Assembly: GCA_951406725.2 (NCBI GenBank)
Contig: OX597822.1
Span: 79,112,001-79,176,000, forward strand
Direction of reading: 5' to 3'
DNA from: Octopus vulgaris
Taxonomy: Eukaryota
Length of the DNA: 64,000 nt
Positions 51,443-64,000 of the stretch are shown here, in pieces. Both the position numbers and the translations under genes were made by a program. Under the pieces are notes generated by a model, which worked only from the letters and a program-made list of their open reading frames with translations, ran no database searches and had not been told where the DNA came from. How positions within the stretch are numbered: the stretch's first letter is position 1; each line of letters opens with the position of its first letter.

Positions 51443-53702
51443 GAATGAAAGATTTGCAACCTCTAGTGATGAATACAAATAGAAGTCTAAATAGGATAAG
51501 GGAGAGGGCTATTCCAAAGACCTCAAACTGATGACCAGGTCATGAAACCATTTGAGATATTTTTAGCAAAGTTATTTCAACTTAGCTTAGATGTGTTGTG
51601 GTTGTTATTTAACCTCAGGTTCAGTTCAAATCAAGCAGACTTATGATCAAATGTAGATCCAGCTATGATATTCTCAGCTTTTTAAGAGCTATCTTACTGC
51701 ACGGTCTAATGATTCCTACCCTTTTATAAAATGATTCTAGCAAAGTAAAGTAAGTACAGAGATGCTCCCTCATTGGCTCACTAGGATAAGATGTAATTTG
51801 GGTTTATGCTAAAGTCTTAAAAGCCATCATAGCAAAAACCTAAACTACTAGTTTATGACACAGAACAAGAAACTCAAGTATCATCAGAGGAGAAGGTTTG
51901 GTTTATATTTATGAGAGAAGATAGGAACTTGGTAGTATGTAATGAGTGCAATACAAAGAATGTAGTGAGATATCTGTTAGGGTGATTTTAAAAAAAGAAA
52001 TCAGACCTTCAGATGTGATAGGTGCAAAGTGACATACCTGATGAGGTGCATTAACATTAAAATTATCTCAAGTTCAAAACTTGCTAGAGGCAATTTTGCC
52101 TTTTACTTTTTCAGGGTTGATGGAAATGACTACCAGTAATATATTGAGGTAAACAATTTATGCCTCATTTGCTTCAAAAGTGCATCTTGCCAATGAAGCA
52201 CATCTATTATAAACAACATTGGTGAGAACCAATGAGCCATCAAAATGACATTTTACAAGACTTCTCAGCCTACAAGAAATAGCTGCCAATTTACTCTCAT
52301 ACCATACCTTTAACAAGGAACAACACATTGAACAATGAAGTCTTTTATGCAATATTCTTAAAAATTTGAAAAATACAGGATATGATGGCTAATCTAAAGC
52401 TGAACAATCACAAAAGTAACAGTGACAACAACACACTCTTTCACACATGTCCCAAGAGAAATTTTAAGAAAAAAAACAAATAAAAACGATGAATGGATAA
52501 GGATGTTTACATAAAAAACAAAACTTCTAAAGTAAAACAGATCTATAATATAAGTAGTTTAGTTACACCCTTAATACACTCTTGCTATCATTTAAAATTA
52601 ATCAGAAATACCATCTTTAGCACACACACACACACTCTCTCTCTCTCTACTTTTTCTATAAATCTGTCCTACATGCATACATGAATGTACTCGCATTCTC
52701 TTAACTCTTTGTGAATCTGGCCTACATGTTCTACCCATATAGGTACACTGATCTCACTCTTTCTCTCTCCCCCTCCCCCTCTCTCTCACACGTCATACTA
52801 TATAATTCTGATTGTACTAGTGAGTACATTAAGTGTACATATGGACACATTAAGGGGTACACTGAGAACATGTGTCAGTGGAATACTCAACCACTTCACA
52901 TGATTAACTAAACACCCATACGACATTCTTGATGGGAGAGTTCATCATCATCAACTCTATTATACTTATGTGTATGTGTGTGCATAAAATGAGTTTGTAT
53001 ACATACATATGTACACCTTATATGTATATGTGAATGCTCAAATGTTCTAGATTGTCAATAAAAGTGGAGTAGAATACTCGATACATGTTGTAGAGTATGC
53101 ATGCAATATTCTTACTGTGAAACCTGAAACAAGAAATAAAATTCAGTTTGTGTATGTGTCTATGTATAAACACACATATACCTTGCCTTTAGCTCTCAAC
53201 TCCTTGATAGTGTTGCAGGAGCACCATTATAACAACAGTAAATCTTTGGTAATTTTAAACCTGGGGGGACCTACCCAACTCTTGGGCTAACCACAGCCAA
53301 TTTCTTCAAAAGACAAAGACACACAAAAAGAAATAGTGAGAGAAGGAGAATAATCAATCTCAGTACATGACTGAAGTCAATTCTTTATTTATTGACCCCC
53401 AAATGGATGAAAGGTAAAGTTGACCTTGGTAGGATTTGAACTTGAAGCACAGAGAGAGAGAATGATTACCCTACCAATTGGCCAAAGACACACACACATA
53501 CCTAATTTTCCTTAATACTCTTTTGCCTCAACATACACACTTCAACAACACACAAGTGCCTATGTATGCACACATACATTCACTAGCTTCTCACTTCTCA
53601 TCCTCTCAATTCCTTAAAAATTTTCTGATCTACCTTTCTCTCTCTCTCTCTGCCTATATCCATCTACCTTGCATACATACCTTTTCTTTTACCACTGTCT
53701 TC

Positions 53703-53745
<43 letters not shown>

Positions 53746-54171
53746 ACATTTCTCACATCTACACAGTCTCTTTCATCAATACACCACCTTCCATGTTTAT
53801 ACCCCTCCCTAAACCCAGCTACCCAATGTAAGCCAATCTTCTCCCTCAATAACGGTGAACATTATTATAAGTAAATAAAAGTTTCATGTTTCACCAGATT
53901 CAAACCAGGAGGTGGCATAGGATGGGTGAGTGATTACATTTTGATAAAGCCCAGCTGATCCCTTGTTGCTGTTCATAGTGTCAATGCTGTTTGTTGTTTT
54001 TGTTGCTGTTACTGTTAAATATTGATGTTGTAGTTACATGAGAATGATGCAACAAAAATAACGGAACATCATATCAAATGTATTAGTGTTTTACTTCATC
54101 CCTCAATGTCTTGAGTTCAAACACTGGTAGTGGCAGCGGGACATGGAAGTGTGACAAATATACCAGTGAGG

Positions 54172-54465
54172 AGCACTCCATTGGTTACAACAATGAGGGT
54201 CCCAGCTGATACAATCAACAGAACAGCTTGCTCGTGAAATTAATATGCAAGTGGCTGAGCACTCCACAGACACATCTACCCTTTACGGAGTTCTAAAGGA
54301 GATTCAGTATGACACATAGTGTGACAAGGCTGACCCTTTGAAATACAGGTACTACTCATTTTTGTCAGCTGAGTGAACATGAAAAAGTGTCTTGCTAAAG
54401 GACACAACGCGTTGCTGGGAATTGAACTCACAACCTTACGATCATGAGCCGAATACCCTAACCAC
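54172..54465 (-). mobile_element. tRNA-derived SINE family E
   Basis: Minus-strand head GTGGTTAGGGTATTCGGCTCATGATCGTAAGGTTGTGAGTTCAATTCCC with pol III A- and B-box-like motifs. Confidence 0.85.
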
Positions 54466-54894
54466 CTTATCACATTCTCTTGCCAACATCTGCTTTGTGC
54501 CCAGTCCCAAAAAATTGGCTGTGTGGTAAGAAGTTGGCTTCCCAACCAAATAGTTTTTGGTTCAGTCCCACTTTGTGGCACTTTGGGCAAATATCTTGGG
54601 CCAACCAAAGCCTTGTGAGTGGATTTGGTAGATGGAAACTGAAAAGAATCACATGTGTTTGTATGTGTGTGTTATTAGCTCCTTGCCTTGACATTGCATG
54701 ATAGTTATAAGCAAGTGTCACTGTCATGATCATGAAAGTAGTGTCCTTTGCTTCCAATCTTCCATGAAAACATGCATTACCATAGGGAAATATTAACTTG
54801 CTTGGAAACAGTTGAAGGTTGGCAAAAGGAAGGGCATCTAGTTGTAGAAAATCTGCCACAACAAAGAAAAATTATCATTAAAATGATCAAAAAT

Positions 54895-55176
54895 CAATGG
54901 AAATTGTAGTTGTGATACCAGTGCCGGTGGCACGTAAAAGAACCATCTGAACGTGATCGTTGCCAGCACCACCTCAACTGGCCTCTGGGCCGGTGGCACG
55001 TAAAAAGCACCAACCGATCGTGGCCATTGCCAGGCGAGGCTGGCACGTAAAAAGCATCCACTACACTCACGGAGTGGTTGGCGTTAGGGAGGGCATCCAG
55101 CTGTAGAAACACTGCCAGATCAGACTGGGCCTGGTGCAGCCTCCTGGCTTCCCAGACCCCAGTCGAACCGTTCAAC
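54895..55176 (+). mobile_element. Repeat family C, young CpG-rich copy
   Basis: 3 x GGCACGTAAAA subrepeats, then GGAGTGGTTGGCGTTAGGGAGGGCATCCAGCTGTAGAAAC. Confidence 0.85.
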
Positions 55177-55179
55177 CTT

Positions 55180-55822
55180 ACATTCACCTTAATCAAGCAA
55201 CACTCATGGTTAAAGATGTTCCATCTGGCAGCATTTTCAGCATTCCATCTTTTCTTCAGACTAACTATAAGTCTAGGATTATATAATCCAATGTGTTTTC
55301 CCTTTTTAAAGATTGCGGGGTGTGATTTGAGGGAAATTTAGTTGCTATTTCAAGTAGAGTGTGCAACCATGTAAAGGCTCCCATATTGACTCATTAATAG
55401 TGCACCTGATTAGGCCGCAAGTCAGATTTGATCAATAAGACCCATGATGGAAGATGTTCCAGGAAAACCCATTCTTAATACTTAGATACAGTATAATGCA
55501 GGACTACATTATCTAACAAGTCTTTCCATTTTTCAATTATTAAGGTGATTTGAAGGAGATTTTACTGATATTTGTAGGTGATCATGCAACCACATATTGA
55601 CCAATTCCTTTACCTCTAGATAAGAGCCAATCAATGAGAAAGCAAAGCTATTTCAGACATCCTAACCTGTTTTTGTTGTTACAAATAAAATGTATCTAGG
55701 ACCACATTATCCAAAATATACTTTTTTTTGTTTTAAAAAATAGTAGGGTGTAATTTGCAGCGGATTTTGTTATTATTTCTAGCACATCACGCATCTACAT
55801 GGCGTTTCTCTCATTGGCTCAA
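55180..55822 (-). mobile_element. Three consecutive decayed copies of old SINE-like family D
   Basis: Repeated AGGAC(T/C)ACATTATC..GTGATTTGAGGGAGATTT..CTATTTC..CTCATTGGCTC; other copies near 17540, 17890, 25965, 46030, 49225, 51600; strand assignment tentative. Confidence 0.65.
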
Positions 55823-57367
55823 TACTGTTAGTAGTGTTTAAATAAAGAAGATTGCAATTTCATCCCTCTATTCATTACAGCCTCTCTTTATAAATTTGTA
55901 CTTTGATACTTACAAAAGAAATTATTGTTGCTATGAGTGTTTACTGTTGTTTTGGAATCTATCCCCTTTCTCTCTCCAACATCTCTACATTTCCAGCTGA
56001 TATTTATAACTTGCAATACACTACCTAACATTAACAAACATTAGGGAACCTAATACTAAAGTTATGTGCGTGCATGCGCATGCATCATTGCATGTACATG
56101 AATCTAGAGATTTATATAAGTACACATGCATAGCATTCCCATATTCATATACATATATTGATACACATGCTATAAATATATATATAGGTTCCCTTATTGG
56201 CTTGATAGATATATGTTATGTATGTGTGTGTGTGTATATATATATGTAGTAATCGGAATAAAACATTGGTATAGAGTAGATAAAATGCAACCAGTCCATG
56301 TTGTAAAATGGATGGTGATAGGGATAACATTCAGTTGTAAAACCATGTGAAAACATGACATGCAACAACAAAAATGGATGATTTGCTGATTTTCTTTATA
56401 ACTGTGTGTGTACCAGATTACAAGGACTGCAACAAGTTGTGAGATGTTGTTAAACTCATGTAAAGTATGTCATCGTGGAAAAACTGACTTCAAATAGACA
56501 GAGATATACAGCTGTTATTTTTATGCATGAATGAACATCTTAAGACTGTAAAGTAACGCTTTCCTTTGAAGGTCTGTTCAGCTAAATTGTAGAGAGTTGT
56601 TAAAGCTCAAAATCAGCTGTGATTGAGCTGACATATGATCAAAGGTGTTTCATGTTTTGTCTACCAGACAGTAGAGTATTATGATAGATTTGTCTACTAG
56701 TTACAGCAAAGATGCCCCTCACTGGCTCATACTGTATGAAGTGTGGCTAATAGAAGGCTTTTGTTCTTAGAATTGAGTGCACTTCATAGTATCAATTACT
56801 GGCTAAACTTCTTTTGACCACCTACCTTTCTTAATAAACATTTTGATTTTGTGACCTTCTTAAGAATTATAGAACAGGCTACAATAGATATAATAATCAG
56901 AAGGGTTAGCAAATCATAACAGATTTCTGTCGCAGAATTACTAGATGAGCATAGAAACTATTAGAAATAACAAGTAACACCCTCAAATCGTGGGCTACTA
57001 TCTTGACAACCAAAAAAAGGGAAGGACACACATGAAAATTATTCGTAGATACACTAAGACTAGAAAAAGCATAGGATGATCATGGCTTGTGAATATTTCT
57101 TAAATGGTTTAGTCAGAAGAAAGGCAACACACATAATCTTTTAACAGGACAGATGAGGTTGGGGTTGGATGGGTGGAGAAACCATTACTCAAAGGTTGTT
57201 GCAATAAGAAGTAACGCATCAGAATGAGTTACCAACAGAAAGATGCCTGGTTCAAATGCTTGCAACAGACTGGGGCTTGTTATAGAGAGGGTTGCTAGAT
57301 CAGGGCTATCCTGAGGCCAAACAACTTCCTTCAATTAGTATCTTCAATTAATCTTTTACTCTAGTGT

Positions 57368-57474
<107 letters not shown>

Positions 57475-57971
57475 CCTCTTTTTTTCCTGTTCCAAAATAT
57501 TTTCTCTTTCGTAGTCTAATTATACTACTTCTTTCTAACTGCTTCTTTCCTATCCTGCTCTGTTGCTTTCATTTTTGCTTTCTCTCTTCTTTTCATTCCT
57601 CTCTATTTTCTCTCATTTTTTTTCTTTTCTTAGACCTCTTTATCAATCTCTCGATATATGTGTGCAAGTACACAGACGAATACACAGAGACATTAAAAAA
57701 TATCTAACAAACATTTATTAATATCAATATTTTAAAATAAACTAATACAAAAAAAATGAAAAAAAAGCAAAAAATATTTTCCCTTATTTTATAGTAAAAA
57801 AAAAATCAATACAAATCAGCAAAAATTAATATCTAAGAAAATACATTCCAAGAATTACAAAGAAAAACAATATAAATGCTAATTTTCAATTCTCAAAGAT
57901 AATTTGCCCTGTCTGTTGAGATGAATTTATTGTGTATGATAGATATGGAACAAGTAAATTAACATAACAAT

Positions 57972-58190
57972 AATGGTTTCAAATTTCGCCACAAGGCCAG
58001 CAATTTCGGGGGTGGGGGTGGCTAAGTCAATTAAATCGACTCCAGTACTCAACTGGTACTTATTTTAGTGACCCCCAAAAGGATGAAAGGCAAAGCTGGT
58101 CTTGGCAGAATTTGAACTCAGAATGTAGACAGACAAAATACTGTTAAGTATTTTGTCTGGCATGCTAATGATTTTGCCAGCTCACCACCT
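57972..58190 (-). mobile_element. SINE family B copy
   Basis: Reverse complement of head, core and tail. Confidence 0.85.
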
Positions 58191-60405
58191 CAACAACAAC
58201 AGGAGCTGCTGTTATTATTTCTTTATTCTTGCATGGGAGTAGATGCAAGAGACATTACATAGATTTATAAGCTTTGGTATCTTAAGAACATGTCTTCAAT
58301 GATAACTCCAGGCAAATCAAAGCTTTGTAAGTGCAACTGGTAGATGGAAACTGCAAAGAACCTGTTGTGTGTATGTATTTATTTATATGCATGTATGTTA
58401 TTGTGTCTCCCTTGTCTCAACATTTGCAATTAAGTTCATCATTCATACAAAAACATTGTCAATTGTTTGCTATGTTCCATGAAAACATGGGCCACTGAGC
58501 TGTACAGGTTCAAAGGACTGGGAGAAATGTTACCTTGCTTCAAAAGAGGTGAGAGATGGTGACAAGTTTTGTCTGACTCATGCAGACATGGATGTTGATA
58601 TAAAAGATGATATATGTTTTGTGTGTGTGTGTGTGTGCACGCGTGAGGGAGAAAGAAATAGCAATTCAAAATTACAAGCACACACACCCAGACCTCAAAC
58701 TTGATACTTGTCTATGTTGGCAATTGGCAGAAAAATGAAAGAAAGAATTGCTTTCGAAAGGCATATAACAGAATGGCCAATAAAAATCAATAACATAGTT
58801 TGATTGGTAGATTAGTTGTAGCATAGAAATGGCTGAGAGAACACAATTACTCTGAGACAGTAGGGGTGACATAACAATTGAATGAAGAATTAGTTGTTCA
58901 TTCATATCCTGTCACTGACACAAAGCCAAGACACTTAATGTTAAATGGTCATGTCCACTTAGCTGTAAATATTACTTGGTGATTTCAGTGTTCACAATTT
59001 CTCACAGTTCACACATTCATCCTTTGCAATTCTCGACTTATTTACTCTCCTACTCACATTCTAGATCATCACATAGCCATCCCAAATACTCTTTTTCACC
59101 TCAAAACTTAACATCTGACCACTGCCTTATCACAACTGTGCAATACACAACTTGTGCTCTTTCCTCTGGGCCCTATAGTGCTCCAAGTCAGTTGATTAGT
59201 CAGAGCTCTACCAGTTTTATGTCAATTATCTTTGACAGTATATGTACTTCATTCCTGAGCTTTTAGAAATTGCTAGACGGGTAACTGAGACCATCCTTTT
59301 TGGCATGTCCCTTCACACCCTCTACACAACAAAAACCTAAGGTTTCAAAACCCTAAGTACAGCTGTCCTGCTACTGCTCTGGCAGAAGACAAAGCTAACA
59401 ATGCCTAGAGGATATCATTCACTCCCCAAAACTCAGTTGCATTCATCTAGCAGTACAACTCCCTATAAAGACAACTATCTAATGCTCAAGGGATATTTCC
59501 ATGTATCACACAGCCCTCAAGCTTTACCACTTTCCAAATTTCTGGTCCCTTGTTAAACAGATCTCCACCAACTTTGCAGGGTCCTCTTTCTCTGCTCTTC
59601 TAAACAATCTATTTACAGATTGCTCAGTAAACAGTCTAACAATGGAAAAGGATTCCACCTGCTATGTACTCAGACGTCAACAAACATGCCAAAATTTAAA
59701 GATTCATGAGTTTTAGGGGGGGGTGCGCAGCAGTGGCTTCCCATTGCCTTCTATTTGTTTACTTATAGTTTGCTCTGCTAGTCGCTTGCTCTCCTGAGCT
59801 TACTCTTGGACACAGGGTATTCTTAGGCAGAAGGGATCGGTTCACCTGACATCAGTGCCCATCTTCACAGGTTGTTGGTTGCTTGTATGACATATGTCAA
59901 CAGACCAGCACTCCTTCAACTGCTTACTTTTTGACCCATAACTAGGGTCTTTGACAGGTGCTACCATCTCAGGCTAGACTGAACTTGATAGTGATGTCTA
60001 AGCCTAACTCCATACTCCCTCATTGGTCCCAAACACTATGCTATGTTGCACACCACCAGAACATGCATAAACTGACAGATGGAATGCACTTGTGATTAAA
60101 ACAGTGAGTCTTGATACACATGTCGTCATACTACTGCCCTGAAGGAAAGGTGTAACTGTGGAATACTCAGCTATAATTCAATGAGTAAATGGTTTAAATG
60201 GTTGACTGAACAACTGAAACACCAAAGAAGATTCTATTTACTTTTTTTTTAGCTCAAGAAAGTATCATGTGCAAATATATATACATACAATACATATACA
60301 CATACACATAAGTATGTTTATATGAAAATATGCCTATGTGTGAGAAAGAGAAATTGTGGCTAACTTGGTGTGTATTTGTGTACAGACACATACACACACA
60401 CACAT

Positions 60406-60446
<41 letters not shown>

Positions 60447-60740
60447 AAGCAAGAGATGAAGTAAATGAAATAGGAAGTACATTTGTATGTGTTTGCATGC
60501 AAACGATAGAGAGGGAGAGAGGGAAGAATACAAGAGCAAGATTAAAATGTGTGAATGTGTACAGAATTGATTTAATTAAGTGATAAGGTAGATAAATAAA
60601 CACATAGGCATAAGAAGGAGAAATATAAACACAGGGAAGGTGTGGGGAAAGAGAGAGGTGGAACTTAACTTGTAACCATATCTCTCAATGGCTGAATGCT
60701 TCACTGAATACTTAAATTCTGAGTTCACTCCTAGATATAC

Positions 60741-61000
60741 ACACAAATATAGACACATTAACACTCAGATATACATGGTGCAAAAACATGAATGTATTTA
60801 TACACACTCACACATATATGTGCATATCTGTACTCGGATACAAGTATATACACATGCACACATACATACATTGATATCTACATGTCCACACTTCCTCACA
60901 GGGTGTACTCAAGAACCACAGTGGGATATATTCAGGTTGGTTAACTGTGAGCTGAAGTAGAGGCTTTTAAAGTGCACAGAATGCACTTCTGCAATTGATA
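60741..61000 (+). repeat. Left arm of long-range inverted duplication
   Basis: Reverse complement of 63496-63750; the core 60948-61000 matches at 51/53. Confidence 0.95.
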
Positions 61001-61377
61001 ATGTGAGCATCTGTGAACTAATTACAATACAAACTTATGGCATGTTTTAACTTTAATGAGATAGAGAAAGAAAGAGAGAGAGATGCAGGTTAGGAAATAT
61101 CCTGCTACAGTAAGGGATAGATAGCATGCAATGTCTAGAATGTCATAATTAGAAGCTAATATCTATCCGAACTGGCTCCAACTACACTAAACAAATATAC
61201 ACTTATGCACACAAATGAATAATGGAGCCTATATGCAGTCACTCAATCTAACAGCTATAGTGGTAAAAACTCACTCAAATAATACCCTTCTGTCTTGAGG
61301 GGGAGGGAGAGAGAGATGGAGAGAAGAAAGGAGAGAGAGGGAGATGTTGCAAAATATACCTAGATATTAATAAGTAT

Positions 61378-61541
61378 AGGAGTGGCTGTGTGGTAAGTAG
61401 CTTGCTTGCGAACCACATGGTTCCTGGTTCAGACCCACTGCATAGCACCTTGGGCAAGTATCTTCTACTATAGCCTCGGGCTGACCAAAGCCTTGTGAGT
61501 GGATTTGGTAGACAGAAACTGAAAGAAGCCTGTCGTATATT

Positions 61542-61609
<68 letters not shown>

Positions 61610-61820
61610 TGAGTGTATGTGTGTCTCTGTTTGTCCCCCCAACATCACTTGACAACCACTGCTGGTGTGCTTACATCCCTGTTACTTAGCTGTTCAGCAA
61701 AAAAGAGACTGATTGAATCAGTGCTAGGCTTACAAAGAATAAGTCCTGGGGTCGATTTGCTCGACTAAAGGCAGTGCTCCAGCATGGCCACAGTCAAATG
61801 ACTGAAACGAGTAAAAGAGT
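61378..61820 (+). mobile_element. SINE family A, best-preserved full-length copy
   Basis: tRNA-like head GGAGTGGCTGTGTGGTAAGTAGCTTGCTT..GGTTCAGACCC, body, internal (TG)n, tail CAAATGACTGAAACGAGTAAAAGAGT. Confidence 0.92.
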
Positions 61821-62179
61821 ATACTAAAAAGATAGGTTGGTCAGTGATGGAGCATCTTTGATATGTCTGCTTGATCAGAGATAACCTAAATAACAACAAT
61901 AGCTCACACAAATATGCAGAAATACATCAGACAGACACATATACTTCTGTGCACTTGTACTTGTGCACCAAGGATGTTGCCATGGGATCATCCAAACTGC
62001 TAGAAAAAACATCCAAATCTTCCACAAATCATACCTTAGAGTCTTATCAAGAGTGAAAAAGGATAATGTAATTTTAATTATCTATATCCATCACAAGGTC
62101 CTGTACTTGTTGCAATGTGATCGCTTAAGTACTTCATTGACCCTGAGAGCTATGCCAGCAGAGTGCAAGCTCCTTGCAG

Positions 62180-62497
62180 AGCTTCCCATACTGGACAGGT
62201 CAACAGATAAGGATCAGACTAATATGGACCACCTCTTCCCAGAGGTAAAAATGGATTTGCATAAAGCTGACAACCCTGCTTTAAAAGCAAAATTATAGAA
62301 GCATCGATGACAATCCATAACCAACAAGATCTAGGCAAGAAAGGCCTTTTCTCAAGGAAATATACGAAGCAGGATACAGAGGCAAAGATGAAGAAACAGG
62401 GATCCAAATGGAAAGAGATAGAAAGGACAATCCAGAGTTGAGAACAGTGAAGAAAAATCATTGACAGGCTAATCTTCATAAGAAGTGAAAGGCTTAA
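62180..62497 (+). pseudogene. Decayed RTE LINE 3' end
   Basis: GSKWKEIERTIQS*EQ*RKIIDRL resembles the RTE C-terminus G..W.ELER.AQDR..WR..V..L. Confidence 0.6.
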
Positions 62498-62508
62498 TGC
62501 AAAATAAA

Positions 62509-62790
62509 GCATATTTTATTGTGTCTGGGGAGAGTCATTCTCTTTTAGCGCCATATTATTTATCACACTGGTTCCATTTTTAATCATTTACTTACTTATT
62601 TTTGCTAAAATTTTCATAGTGTCTTGCAAACTTTTCAATAGTTGTGAATTTGTCAACAATTATTGAAAAGGTTACAAGACGCAACGAAAATTTTAGAAAA
62701 ATTAAGTAAATGAGTGGAAATCAAGCCGGTGAGTGTGTTAAATATTAAGATACAAAAAGAGAATGACTCTCTCCAGACAATAAAATAGGC
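62509..62790. mobile_element. ~280-bp fully palindromic MITE
   Basis: TATTTTATTGTGTCTGGGGAGAGTCATTCTCTTTT ... AAAAGAGAATGACTCTCTCCAGACAATAAAATA; symmetry continues to the centre near 62650. Confidence 0.88.
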
Positions 62791-63495
62791 TCCAACACAC
62801 GAATTCACATAAAGAACCTTGCAAACCAAACAAAAAACTGAAATGCATACTCTCATATCCCTTAAAGGATAAGTCATAGCAAGAATGGCTTAGATCAAAG
62901 GTTTTGCCCAATCAAAGTTGATCTGGAGCTAATCAACAACAATAATTACTAATATTTTGACACATTTCACAATTTTTCTAAGATTCAAAAGCAAAAAAAC
63001 ATAACATCAGAAGAATTTTCCCTATAGTGACCCTGAGCTGTATGATTCTGCAAGTGCACAACAGGTTGTTCCTTACAATTAAATAAACTTTTATTGTGTG
63101 TAGCTATTATGAAATGGCAGACTGAAAACACACATACATACTGCATAAGCATGCTTCAGCTGATTCAGCCACTACACATATCACATGCATTTCTTCAAAA
63201 AAAATAAATGAATAAACCTGTTGTTACATAATTAGCCTGGATTTTATAGATAGACAAATTCACAAATTACTGTTGACAGCCTTTTATTGAAGTAACCATA
63301 GCATTTAGAAGTTTAATGGTTTCCAGAGCAATCATTGTTGAGTAGCAGATGTCGCTTCAACAAGACCATAACTATGGCATGGAGACAGATAAATGAATGC
63401 TTAGAAATAGGCGTTCATAATCTTTGTTTTGAGGACCAAGCTGTCTCTCTCCCTCACTGCAAAGTAAAACATACAAGTTGTAATGTAATTAATCC

Positions 63496-63750
63496 TATCA
63501 ACTGCAGAAGTGCATTCTGTGCACTTTAAAAGCCTCCACTTCAGCTCAACCTCATCCAGGTTGAATATATACTACTGTGGTTCTTGAGTATACAATATGA
63601 GATGTGGACATGGGGATATGAATGTATATATGTGTATATATGCATGTTTCTGAGTATAGATATGCATTTATATTAATGTGCATATATGATTATACATTCC
63701 TGATTTCACATCATGTATATCTTTGAGTGTTAATGTATATATATTTATGT
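63496..63750 (-). repeat. Right arm of long-range inverted duplication
   Basis: Reverse complement of 60741-61000. Confidence 0.95.
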
Positions 63751-63784
63751 ACATAAGCATAAGAATATGCATACACACATAAAT

Positions 63785-64000
63785 GTTTCTTTATTGCCCA
63801 CAAGGGGCTAAACATAGAGGGGACAAACAAGGACAGACAAAGGGATTAAGTCGATTAAATCGACCCCAGTGCAAAACTGGTACTTTATTTATCAACCCCA
63901 AAAGGATGAAAGGCAAAGTCGACCTCGGCGGAATTTGAACTCAGAACGTAACGGCAGACAAAATACGGCTATGCATTTCGCCCGGCGTGCTAACGTTTCT
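63785..64000 (-). mobile_element. SINE family B, young CpG-intact copy running off the window end
   Basis: AAAGGATGAAAGGCAAAGTCGACCTCGGCGGAATTTGAACTCAGAACGTAACGGCAG. Confidence 0.92.

Noticed and set aside
51850-52060. Cys-rich PHD-like peptide (KECSEI..FRCDRC); also an RT-like trace at 28130-28270(-)
   Set aside because: Probably very decayed RTE remnants, too degenerate to annotate
57215-57265. tRNA-like fragments (also 6890-6960)
   Set aside because: No complete cloverleaf; probably decayed SINE heads
63270-63456. Minus-strand coding or terminal exon (EGERQLGPQNKDYERLFLSIHLSVSMP*)
   Set aside because: Short, with no recognisable homology; kept only as an acceptor candidate within the inverted-duplication finding

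Overview
This is a eukaryotic, AT-rich window dense in microsatellites and SINEs. The repeat families look like those I recall from octopus (coleoid cephalopod) genomes; that assignment is an inference. No host protein-coding exon could be identified with confidence, and nearly all ORFs in the track are translations of microsatellite or SINE sequence. Recognisable coding remnants are all transposon-derived: a young 5'-truncated CR1 LINE (31636-32464, -), an internally deleted DD37D/maT Tc1-mariner element with TIRs and a TA TSD (28657-29519), a decayed Penelope-like GIY-YIG fragment (8960-9735) and several RTE fragments. There is also a decayed full-length 5S rRNA pseudogene, palindromic, piggyBac-type and foldback MITEs, and degenerate minimal hammerhead ribozyme motifs. 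The most interesting signals lie in apparently non-repeat DNA and concern RNA structure and splicing: (i) a gap-free 63-bp stem with 5 G-U wobbles that straddles a candidate 5' splice site (14755-15017); (ii) a ~260-bp inverted duplication 2.5 kb apart with a 51/53 core (60741-61000 / 63496-63750); (iii) a consensus-like recursive splice site on the minus strand (23037/23038); (iv) several pre-miRNA-sized hairpins. The window is probably intronic or intergenic. Coordinates were read by eye, repeat boundaries are approximate, and all functional claims are hypotheses.
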